Notes under the pieces: model-generated | The model's input: the letters and a program-made list of their open reading frames with translations, nothing else | What the model was told of the DNA's origin: nothing | The model's database searches: none | Shown: positions 9,001 to 17,500 of the stretch, one piece after another | Layout of the letters: every line of letters starts with the position of its first letter | Position numbering within the stretch: position 1 is the stretch's first letter | Position numbers and translations under genes: made by a program | DNA from: Candidatus Cloacimonadales bacterium | Lineage (GTDB): Bacteria; Cloacimonadota; Cloacimonadia; Cloacimonadales; JAFGVF01 | Length of the DNA: 64,000 bases | Direction: 5' to 3' | NCBI GenBank assembly: GCA_963692475.1 | Contig: OY829950.1 | Span: 1,364,554-1,428,553, forward strand

Positions 9001-12000
9001 ACTAGTTTTTCGTCTTCTTCAGATTGGATTTCTTTAGCAAATTTAACAGAAGTCTATAATGGTTCTTTCTCTGCTCCTGCTAGTGAGGGCTGGATAGAAA
9101 TTGAACTAACTACTCCATTTACTTATGATGGAAGTAGTAATTTAGTGATTGGTTTTGATGAGAATACATCTGGATATCATGAAAGTAGTGACGAATTCTA
9201 TTGTTATGCTTCCGGCTCAGATAGATCTATCTATTATTATAGTGATGGTACAAACCCTAACCCCGCTTCTCCTGTTTCAGGAACGATTTCTGGTAATAAT
9301 CCTAATCTCAGGCTCTTTGCTTCTGCAAGTTCCTCCGGACCTGAAATTGCTCTTAATACCACTTCCCTTGATTTCGGAGAAGTAATAATTGGTAATTCAG
9401 CTACTAAGGATTTTGTTATCTCTAATACTGGTGGAGAAAGCTTAACTGGAACTATTACGTTACCTGATAACTTTACCTTTGCCGGTAGAAATAGTGAGAA
9501 AGAAGCTGCTAACACTAGGACTTCTTCTCAAAACTTCACTATCCCAGTAGGAAATAATCAAACTTATAGCGTTATTTTCACTCCAACAATTGAACTTTGC
9601 TATAACAATAACCTAGAAATTAGTCATAATGCTGACCAATATTCAAGCTATATATCACTTGTAGCTTGTGGAATCAAGCCTACATACACTTCTACAACAA
9701 GATTAGTTAATAAAACTCTTGCTCCTGATACTCAAGATACCTATTCTTATGTGATTGAAAATACAGGAAGTGGAGATTTAGAAGTATTATTGGAAATCAC
9801 TGATGCAGAGAGAAATAGCGGTGGACCTGATACTTATGGTTACACTTGGAAAGATAGTAATGAAACAGGGGTTACCTATAGCTGGATAGATATAAGCTCA
9901 ACTGGTACAATAATTTCTCAAGGTGATGATATTTTAGAAGAGTTAACTCTACCTTTCACTTTTACTTTCTATGGAGAAGATTATACTACTGTAAGTGTCT
10001 GCTCTAATGGATTTTTGAGTTTTAATAGTACATCGACAGCTTATACTAATACAACAATTCCGAATACAACTACTCCTAATGCTTTAATAGCACCTTTCTG
10101 GGATGATTTGAAAGCTACAGGATCTTCTTTTGGAAACATCTATTATCAAAACTTCTCTACTTACTCTGTAATTCAATGGGAGAATGTTTCTCATTATAAT
10201 AGTACTACTCCTGTTAATAATGAGACTTTCCAAGTTATCCTCTATAATAATGGTGATATTAAATATCAATATAAAACAATATTAGATGATACTGATTGTA
10301 CTGTAGGAATTGAAAACCAAGCTGGAGATGATGGCTTACTTTTAACTTATAATAATACATTCTTAGATAATGAATATGCAATTATGTTCACAAGTGGAGC
10401 TTCAACTAATAACTGGCTCTCTCTTAGTTCAGATACTCTTACTATTCCTGAAGGTTCTTCTGAAACTATTACTGTTAGCTTTGATGCAACAGACTTAGAG
10501 TTAGGGACATATAATAAAAATATCTATGTAATAACAAATGATCCTGACCATGAAGAAGTTACTATCCCTGTTACTTTAATAGTAGGTGGTTCTACTGCTC
10601 CAAATATTTTAGTAGATACACAAGCTATTGATTTTGGTACTATAATGACAAATGATGATATACTTGAATCTATCACTATAACTAATATTGGTGGTGAAAC
10701 ACTAACAGGTAATGTTTCTGCTACAAATAGTTTTACTCTTACTGAAGCAAGAGGCAATGTATCTAAGAATATTATTTTGGCTGGTCATAAAGGTTTAAGA
10801 AACCTTCGTAACTTAGACTTCACTCTTGAATCAGCTCAATCTAAGATATATTACCTTAGCCACTCAACAGCCATAGCAGGCTCATTTGACGGTGATATAA
10901 TAATTACCTCTAATGACCCTGAAAACTCTGAAATCTCTATTCCCTTGGCTCTTGAGGTCATTAATCCTGCTTCAATTAATATTGACCCTCAAAGCATTGA
11001 AGTAACTTTGCAAGCAGACCAAACAACAAGCAGAAATTTAACTATAAGTAATACAGGTGATCTTGATTTAACATGTTCTCTAATACTTCAAGCAGACGAA
11101 GACAGAGACATAACTGAAATATTCTCTGCCAACTTTGATGATAACGATTTAACCGGTTGGGATATCGATTATCTCTATTCTGCTGACCATACATGGCATA
11201 TTGCTGATGATTATAGTGGTTCAAGCATAGATGGAAGCTCTTTCTTATTTATAGATAGCGATGCCGCTGGTTCTGGTAATGCAATAGATGATACTATCGA
11301 AACCCCTCTTTTCAATGTTTCTAACTATGAAACTATAACTATTGAATTTGATCACTATTTTAACGAAATTAGTGATGTAGCAGATGTAGATTTTTGGACA
11401 GGTGCAGAATGGATTAATATCGCAAGCTGGGAAACTGATGAGGGAAGTTGGACTTCTCCAAGTCACTTCACCTACAATTTAACTAATGAAGGTTATAGTG
11501 ATGTGAAACTTAGATTCCATTATTATGAGGCTACTTATGCTTGGTACTGGGCAATAGATAACTTAGTTGTTTCTGGAGAAGCTACTCCTGCTCCTCAATG
11601 GGTAAGTATGGATTCTGAATTTAATAGCTTCTCAGTTTCACCTAATTCGAGTGAAGATGTTACACTTAACTTCTCTTCTACTGAATATCTAGCAGGTGAA
11701 TATACTGCAACCTTAAATATTCAATCAAATTCTGCAACTAATAACAGTTTAGATATTCCTGTTACCCTAACTATAAGAGAATTAGAAAATGAACCTGACT
11801 GGGAGCCTGTTATCTATCCTAACAATAGTGCCACTATTTACGCAGAAGTAACTCATTTGAGCAGTGATATTGCTGCTGATGATATTATTTCTGCTTGGGT
11901 TGGTGACGAATGTCGTGGAGTAGGCTCAATAGTTCTCGTAAACAGAAGCCAAGCCTTCACCACAATTGTTGTTCAATCAAATGGTTCATCAGAGAATGTT

Positions 12001-12345
12001 AATTTCAAACTATATGACAGAAGTGAAGATATTGTGATTGAAGAATCTAATTCCACACCTGTTTCTAGTGGGGAAGTAGTTGGCTCTGCTCAGGAACCAT
12101 TCCCTATTAATATCGGAATCATTGAACTTATTGCTCCTAACAACTTAGAAGTAGAAATTGCTAATAATATTGCTACTATCAATTGGATTGCTGTGCCTAA
12201 TGCTGATTTCTATGAAGTCTATTACTCTTCAGATTTAGAGAACTGGACAGACTTAGGTCAGGTAAGCGGTACATCTTATGAACATACTCAACCCCGCAGT
12301 AATACTGAAGCTCACTTCTATAAGATTAAAGCTATGAAGAATTAA
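6061..12345 (+). CDS. giant secreted peptidase C25 (gingipain family) with multiple Ig/FN3/MAM-like modules; no T9SS C-terminal sorting domain seen
   Basis: Signal peptide. C25 core YLLICGDVAQVP, catalytic His block LNYTAHGSETTW and Cys block VVVGNCCLTNHFD. Ends in an FN3-like module (NWIAVPNADFYEVYYSSDLENW). RBS GGAG upstream. Confidence 0.8.
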   Translation: MREKILLIVIILISSTMLLFADSAIVNNGDNEVSLSKNFETEISIDYKLNSISARDFSSKDGNFTQLYLDSFGLTGEIGNPQLPYSSKIIAVPEGAKVVTELNADSPLIINLNEIGLNNKIFPAQPSVSKSSKPEDIVFMIDDKIYNSAEFIPQTQVEVIELGYQRGMRLFEVNYYPVAYNPAKNTISIIQKATLDIQFVGADLVATQYLRDKTFSPAFEANYPSTIFNYRNNRSTLESYPLGYLLVAPSNYLDTLEPFIEWKTQQGYNVTILNASTIGATTTAIKSAIANIWNNASPENPAPSYLLICGDVAQVPAFTGTTDSGHVTDLDYVKLEGSDYLPEMYYGRFSATSTSQLTTIVNKTLMYEKYEMPDPSYLERATLIAGVDGSWAPTHGNGTLNYGSQYYFNSAHDIDATTYYYPESGSSESSILADVNAGLGYLNYTAHGSETTWYDPSFTVSNVNSLTNVQQYPVVVGNCCLTNHFDTATCFGEAWLRASNGSVIYIGGTNSTYWDEDYWWSVGHFTPTSTANPTYAGTGLGMFDALFHENGEEYVNWVNSTGSMVYRGNMTVQGSSSTLKNYYWEIYSIMGDPSLIPMVGVPDAQTPDYANNLLLGATSLDVTAAPYSYVALTVDGVIIGTQLLGSNGSGTVNFPALTTPQSVRMVISRIDYQPYITDIQVISADGPYLTLADYSVNDANNNGTLEYGETASLNLVIENIGTSASNSGTITFSESDPYLSLTSTSASVSAISAESSLNVNNVINFSLANNIPNNHTMSLSYVISANGEEYTGNITLTGKSYDMEITNIFIDDNVLGNSNNVIDAGETFNILVTIENNGEATSPANNLNIEDAEYITYTSSNIVIPAISANNSQEVSFTATASSSISVGELVTFTVNANYPNGSAEFSQDFLAALLQIGDGSVTETHLPIEPYYGYTYSQSIYTATELNLGVSQINKIAYHYNGNSSWTDDIVVYMGNTTETSFSSSSDWISLANLTEVYNGSFSAPASEGWIEIELTTPFTYDGSSNLVIGFDENTSGYHESSDEFYCYASGSDRSIYYYSDGTNPNPASPVSGTISGNNPNLRLFASASSSGPEIALNTTSLDFGEVIIGNSATKDFVISNTGGESLTGTITLPDNFTFAGRNSEKEAANTRTSSQNFTIPVGNNQTYSVIFTPTIELCYNNNLEISHNADQYSSYISLVACGIKPTYTSTTRLVNKTLAPDTQDTYSYVIENTGSGDLEVLLEITDAERNSGGPDTYGYTWKDSNETGVTYSWIDISSTGTIISQGDDILEELTLPFTFTFYGEDYTTVSVCSNGFLSFNSTSTAYTNTTIPNTTTPNALIAPFWDDLKATGSSFGNIYYQNFSTYSVIQWENVSHYNSTTPVNNETFQVILYNNGDIKYQYKTILDDTDCTVGIENQAGDDGLLLTYNNTFLDNEYAIMFTSGASTNNWLSLSSDTLTIPEGSSETITVSFDATDLELGTYNKNIYVITNDPDHEEVTIPVTLIVGGSTAPNILVDTQAIDFGTIMTNDDILESITITNIGGETLTGNVSATNSFTLTEARGNVSKNIILAGHKGLRNLRNLDFTLESAQSKIYYLSHSTAIAGSFDGDIIITSNDPENSEISIPLALEVINPASINIDPQSIEVTLQADQTTSRNLTISNTGDLDLTCSLILQADEDRDITEIFSANFDDNDLTGWDIDYLYSADHTWHIADDYSGSSIDGSSFLFIDSDAAGSGNAIDDTIETPLFNVSNYETITIEFDHYFNEISDVADVDFWTGAEWINIASWETDEGSWTSPSHFTYNLTNEGYSDVKLRFHYYEATYAWYWAIDNLVVSGEATPAPQWVSMDSEFNSFSVSPNSSEDVTLNFSSTEYLAGEYTATLNIQSNSATNNSLDIPVTLTIRELENEPDWEPVIYPNNSATIYAEVTHLSSDIAADDIISAWVGDECRGVGSIVLVNRSQAFTTIVVQSNGSSENVNFKLYDRSEDIVIEESNSTPVSSGEVVGSAQEPFPINIGIIELIAPNNLEVEIANNIATINWIAVPNADFYEVYYSSDLENWTDLGQVSGTSYEHTQPRSNTEAHFYKIKAMKN

Positions 12346-12370
12346 CATTAAACAACGAAGAATAGACAAA

Positions 12371-12398
12371 AGCCCCGCTTGTATAGGCGGGGCTTTTA
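12371..12398 (+). terminator. rho-independent terminator of the C25 peptidase gene
   Basis: Stem agccccgc / gcggggct (12371-12378 / 12387-12394), 8-nt loop, followed by TTTT. Confidence 0.7.
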
Positions 12399-12794
12399 TA
12401 TGGCTCTAGTTCATGTCTGGAAGTAATTATGGCTCAAGTTCAAGTATAGTGAAAAAAGAGACTTTTATTATAGTATATTCATTGTATAATAGAAAGTTAC
12501 AAGTTTTAATTTACCGTTTATAGTAAGTTTTGCTTGAAAATACGACTCTAATAATAGAATTTATAACAATAGTTAGCAGGCATATCTTTTTGTTAATGCA
12601 TTGTTCTTTTTTATAAGATCATATTATGTGTATTGAACTAATATAACATCACTATCATGTGTCTGTTAGTTCTCAGCTTAGTGGATGGCTTATGGATGCC
12701 TAATAAACACCTAATAGATACCCAATAGACTATCTGACATAAAGTGTGTCGTCCCATATAAGTGGACTAGTAAATATTAAACTAGGAGCAAGAC

Positions 12795-13217
12795 ATGTTA
12801 AAGAAAAAAAGTACGGTACCGAAAATGCAAAGAATCTACAGTGAAACCTTTAAAATGAAAATTGTTGACGAGATTGAGCAAGGAGATTTAACTCAAGCTG
12901 AATCTAGTAGAATATATAATGTTTCAGAAAGTACCATAAGTAGATGGTTAGCGAGTTATGGAATGAACGACAAAATAGGGAAAAAGGTGATGATTATGAC
13001 AGAACGTGAAACTAGAGAAGCAGACCTTTTAAAAAAGGAAAATAAGCAGTTAAAACGGGCTTTAGAGGATAGCCAGTTCTCAAACGAAATCCTTGAAAAG
13101 TATATTAAGTTTATGGCTGAAGAGAAAGGTATTGATTTAAAAAAAAACATAAATTCAGGTTTCTCCAAAGAGTCTCAAAAGATCTTAGTATCAAGGCTTT
13201 TAAAAGATCAGGAATAA
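12795..13217 (+). CDS. IS3-family transposase OrfA (HTH)
   Basis: 140 aa with HTH (LTQAESSRIYNVSESTISRWL) and a leucine-zipper-like segment. Contains the A-run frameshift site near its 3' end. Confidence 0.9.
   Translation: MLKKKSTVPKMQRIYSETFKMKIVDEIEQGDLTQAESSRIYNVSESTISRWLASYGMNDKIGKKVMIMTERETREADLLKKENKQLKRALEDSQFSNEILEKYIKFMAEEKGIDLKKNINSGFSKESQKILVSRLLKDQE
13139..13147 (+). promoter_or_regulatory. A9 slippery run, probable -1 programmed frameshift site producing the OrfAB transposase
   Basis: AAAAAAAAA lies inside orfA. The -1 frame is open from the run through to the orfB ATG at 13223, as is typical for the IS3 family. Confidence 0.6.
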
Positions 13218-13222
13218 AACAT

Positions 13223-14008
13223 ATGTGTTCAATATTAAATGTTTCAAAGTCAGGTTACTATAAATATCTTCAAAGTGCCTTCCACATCGCTCATAATGAC
13301 TTCCAGTGTCTCTCCAAAGTGAAACAGTACAAAGAAACACAGCCTTATGTTGGCACTTGTAAATTATGGAAAATGCTGGAGAATGATGGTCTAAAGATTG
13401 GAAAAAAGCACCTTAATGACCTTCTTAAAGACCAGAATATGTTAATTCGAAAAAAGAAAAGATATTGCAAAACTTCAATATCAGATGGTAGTAAAGTATA
13501 TCCAAATTTGATTAAAAATATGATAGTAGAGAGAAAAAATCAAGTATGGGTAACTGATATTACCTATATTTCTAAAGACAAAGGATTTTACTATTTGTTT
13601 TTGCTAAGTGATATGCATACCAGACAGATATTGGATTATGAAGTTTCCTCTAATATGCTGACTAATAACCATATAAAGATGTTAAAAAGACAGCTAAAAC
13701 ATGTTAATAATACTAACGATCTTATTCACCACTCAGATCATGGTTCTCAATATACAAGTAATGAGACTATTAACCTTCTGAAACAGCATGGTATAAAGAT
13801 TAGTATGACTGGTGATGGCAAATGCTATGACAACCCTATTGCTGAAAGGATAAATTGTACAATGAAGCATGAATTTGGATTAAAACGGACATTTAGCACT
13901 ATGGAAAGTCTTAAAAAAGCTACTAAAGATGCAGTAATGATCTATAACTCTCAGAGACTTCACAAAAGTTTAGGGTATTTTACTCCAAATGATTTTGCAA
14001 ATCATTAA
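13223..14008 (+). CDS. IS3-family transposase OrfB (DDE / rve integrase core)
   Basis: DDE triad in WVTDITY, HHSDHGSQY and AERINCTMKHE, with 35 residues between the second D and the E. In the -1 frame relative to orfA. Confidence 0.9.
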   Translation: MCSILNVSKSGYYKYLQSAFHIAHNDFQCLSKVKQYKETQPYVGTCKLWKMLENDGLKIGKKHLNDLLKDQNMLIRKKKRYCKTSISDGSKVYPNLIKNMIVERKNQVWVTDITYISKDKGFYYLFLLSDMHTRQILDYEVSSNMLTNNHIKMLKRQLKHVNNTNDLIHHSDHGSQYTSNETINLLKQHGIKISMTGDGKCYDNPIAERINCTMKHEFGLKRTFSTMESLKKATKDAVMIYNSQRLHKSLGYFTPNDFANH

Positions 14009-14472
14009 AAGAGGTTACCAGATGATGAACAGATACACAGCTGAATGTATTTTCTTTTGAAAAATGCGAATAAATTACGAATGCAAAATGGAGTCGACAA
14101 CAGAACTCAAAAGTATGAGTAAATGTCTCATTTTTCAAAAGAGATACATGACTCAGGAGACATAAAAAAGGTGTCCACTATATTGGTACTTGACAAAGCA
14201 GATAATGTAGGATTAGCTTTGCCAAGAACAAAAAGACTTAATGTCGGATGTTAACAGAAAATTTTAAAAGATGTGGTTTATTTATAAAATTTCCACCAGT
14301 CTTGAACTTGAGTCTTTTTTTATCTAGGAAACTGTACTAGATTAAACTGCCATTTGTGTACCAATTTAAACTGCCATCTACACCCCTTCAGGGAATATTC
14401 GAAGAATAGCAATAAGAATGGAAAATTCTCATTGCCCTAATTCTACACCAGACTTAAACATGAGCCAAAGAA

Positions 14473-14497
14473 AAAGCCCTGCTTTCGCAGGGCTTTT
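14473..14497. terminator. bidirectional rho-independent terminator (serves the minus-strand giant gene)
   Basis: Stem agccctgc / gcagggct with loop tttc, an A-run on one side and a T-run on the other. Confidence 0.7.
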
Positions 14498-14547
14498 ATA
14501 TTTGTATTTAGAGAAATGCAGGCAGGATGCCTACATTTTCAGTTACA

Positions 14548-17500
14548 TTATTTCATAAGAATCATTTTCTTAGTAGAAGTATATTTTCCAGATTTCATTC
14601 TATAGAAGAATACACCAGAAGCAACGTTCTTACCATTATCATCTGTACCATTCCAAACTACAGTATGAGGACCAGCTTGCATGTTTTCACTAACAAGAGC
14701 TTTTACTTTTTGACCTTTGATATTGTAGATATCGATAGAAACAGGACCGTTTTCTTTAGTTGAGAAAGCGATAGTAGTTTCAGGATTGAATGGGTTAGGA
14801 TAGTTTCCAACAAGTTGTGAAACTGCAGGAATATCGTTACTTGGAATATCTGTTCCACCAGGAGCATCAATTGCTACATCATCAACCATGAAGATAAATG
14901 CATCATTAGATACACATTGGATAGCAACTCTAATAGTTTGGTTAGCATAAGCATCTAAACTATAAGAATATTCAGTCCATTCGATAGGAGCTTCAACATA
15001 AGTAGCACCTGAGATTGATGTGAAGTCGTTTGGATTTGTAGATCCATTAGAAACTAATACATTGAATCTTTCAAGACCATAGTCATCCATTACAGATTTT
15101 CCCCAGAAGTTGAATGAACCAGAAGCACCAAGAGTAAATTCAGGAGTAATCATCCAGTCATTATTAGTTGGTGTTGTTGATGCAAAACAAGCTAAGTACT
15201 TAGTACCTGAATGAGCAGCATTAGCATCTTCTTCAAGAGGAGGAGTTGTCATAGCAGGATTAAATACAATATAAGACATTGGAGAACCTGAGTTATCGAA
15301 AGAAACACCTTGGAAACCATAAGTAGTAGATAAATCACCATCAATTAAAGTCCAAGGACCTGCTTCAAGAGCAAAGTCAGAATATGATTCGAAATCATCA
15401 CTGATAAGAATATCTGAAGCAGCAAGAGTGAAATCAACACTAGTGAGTTGAGTTCCAATTACAGTAACACTTTGTGTTTGTCCAACATAACCAGCAGCTG
15501 AAGCAGTGATATCATAAACACCAGCTAAAACCTCTGTGAATATGAAGTAACCTGAAGCATCAGTAGTAATTGTATTACCATCTAAAGTAACACTAGCGCC
15601 ATTAATAGGAGCTCCACCTTCAGCAGCAACAGTACCATCAACTGTTCCATACATATCTTTTAATAAGACATTTGAGAAAGCAGCAGGAGACATGTTGTCG
15701 TTAGTATAAACTGCTTTAACAGCAAATTTATAAGAACCAGAAGCTAAAGCATCCCATGATGTATCAGTATAAGTTAATTCAGTAATCATATTAGTAGTAA
15801 GAAGAGTCCAGTTAGCTTCATTACCTTGATCAGTAGATAAGAATCTCCAAACTTTGTAACCTAATAAAGCTCTATTTTCAACTCTTACAAGATTAGTTTG
15901 AACTTGTGGTTGATAAACAGCAGGAGAAATTCTTCCTGAAACTTCATTAGCATTTCTCTTATCTCTATTCTTTGGAGTATTCTTAACAGCAATATTATTA
16001 ACTGTCTTGTTAGCTCTACTTACAGCAACTAAATCAGTAGAAGAAATTCTTTCTCCACCGAAAGTAATGTTATCGATATAAGTAGCATACCAGAGACCTT
16101 GTCCATCACCATCAACAAACTGCCAAGCGATTTGAACATTTTGACCAGCATAAGCACTTAAGTCAATTACAATAGGAGCATCATAATGATTTTCACCTGC
16201 AGGAAGATCTGAAGCATTCCAAAGTGGAGTCCATGTGCTTCCATCAGTTGAGATTTTAACATAATAGTTATCACCATATTCTGAACCATATTGACCGTAG
16301 AAATCAAATACAAGGTTTCCAGCAGGGCAAGCCATTTCACCAGTGATTAACCATTCATCTTGTGCACCGTAATCCCACATTACACCAGCTTGATACATTC
16401 CTTCAGTAGGAACAACGTCACCAGTTGAGAAAGTAACAGTTTCATATTGAACCCATGACTGAGTAGTGTTATTCACAACAGTAGTCCAATCTGTAGGAGG
16501 GAATGATTCTTCAAAGCTTTCACTTGAAGCTTCACCACCACCATTACCACTTGGAGCAGACCATGTAATCACAGCGTTAGCATCAGTTTGTTCAGCAACA
16601 ACTGTTGAAGGTGGAAGAGCTAATTCATTAACAGTTACATCAACTGTTACATCAGCTGAAGCATCTACAGTAGTTTCATAAATTGAGAAACCACTAGCGA
16701 TAACAGTCATATCATAAACACCAGTATTAACAGAAATGACAGCAGTACCAGAAGCATCTGTAACAGCTTCGTATTCATCATATTCGCCATCAGGATTTGG
16801 TGTTTGAGCCATTAAATTAACTACAGCATCGGCAACAAGATCACCTAAATTAGATTCTACATTAACAGTAACTTGAGACATTGCAGAATTTTGTAACCAA
16901 TTTGAGATAACAGCATTAGCTTCAGCACCGTTAGTATAAACAGCTTTAACAGCATATTTATAGAAACCAACAGGAAGAGTTGACCAATCTGTATCAGTAT
17001 AAGTTAAAGCAGTAGTTTCTTCTTCAACTAAAGTCCAGTTAGCCATATTAGCTTCGTCTTCAATTAAGAAACGATATACGTTATAAGCTTCGAATGAACG
17101 AGTGTTATTAGTTGCAACACGCATAGCAGCAGCTTCGTTTGGATTCTTTTTATTTCTATTGAATTTAGTAACATTAGCAGTTCTTACAGCTTTGCTTACA
17201 GAAGTAAATTCATTAGTTCTGATACTTCTACCACCGATATTAACATTATCGATATATGAAGCATACCATAAACCTTGACCATCACCATCAACAAAGTTCC
17301 ATGCGAATTGAACATTTTGTCCAGCATAAGCACTTAGATCAATAACGATAGGTGTATCATAATGATTTTCTGCTACAGGAAGGTCAGAAGCATTCCAGAT
17401 TGGAGTCCAGTTTGTTCCATCAGTTGATACTTTAACATAATAGTTATCACCATATTCTGAACCATATTGACCATAGAAATCGAAAGTAAGATTTCCAGCA

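Larger units (their letters stand above)
12745..14195 (+). mobile_element. IS3-family insertion sequence (1451 bp), apparently intact
   Basis: Imperfect 23-bp IRs with TG...CA ends (tgtgtcgtcccatataagtggac / gtccactatattggtacttgaca). 3-bp target duplication AAG (12742-12744, 14196-14198). The empty site is visible in MITE copy 2 (ataaagcaaataatg). orfA/orfB are in a 0/-1 frame arrangement. Confidence 0.9.
12431..14314 (+). mobile_element. ~430-bp MITE (ISL3-like termini GGCTCAAGTTCA...), copy 1, interrupted by an IS3-family element
   Basis: Collinear with copy 2 (27485-28114) once the nested inserts are removed. Terminal inverted repeat ggctcaagttcaag / cttgaacttgagtc. No ORF of its own. Confidence 0.6.
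12402..14468. mobile_element. short outer MITE (same end family as the 430-bp MITE), split by the nested insertions
   Basis: Ends ggctctagttcatgtctgg (12402-) and ccagacttaaacatgagcc (-14468) form an imperfect ~30-bp inverted repeat similar to the inner element ends. Own sequence is only ~180 bp (12402-12430 plus 14315-14468). No target duplication recognised. Confidence 0.35.

Noticed and set aside
12431-12744. The 430-bp repeat, considered as a retron/ncRNA gene or as carrying a small protein.
   Set aside because: There is no adjacent reverse transcriptase and no ORF. The one internal hairpin seen in copy 2 (aagtctt...aagactt) is degraded rather than compensated in copy 1. Terminal inverted repeats plus an 8-bp duplication are explained by a non-autonomous transposon.
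12956-13168. 70-aa ORF antisense to IS3 orfA.
   Set aside because: It is a shadow ORF inside a well-supported transposase gene, and no such antisense gene is known for the IS3 family.
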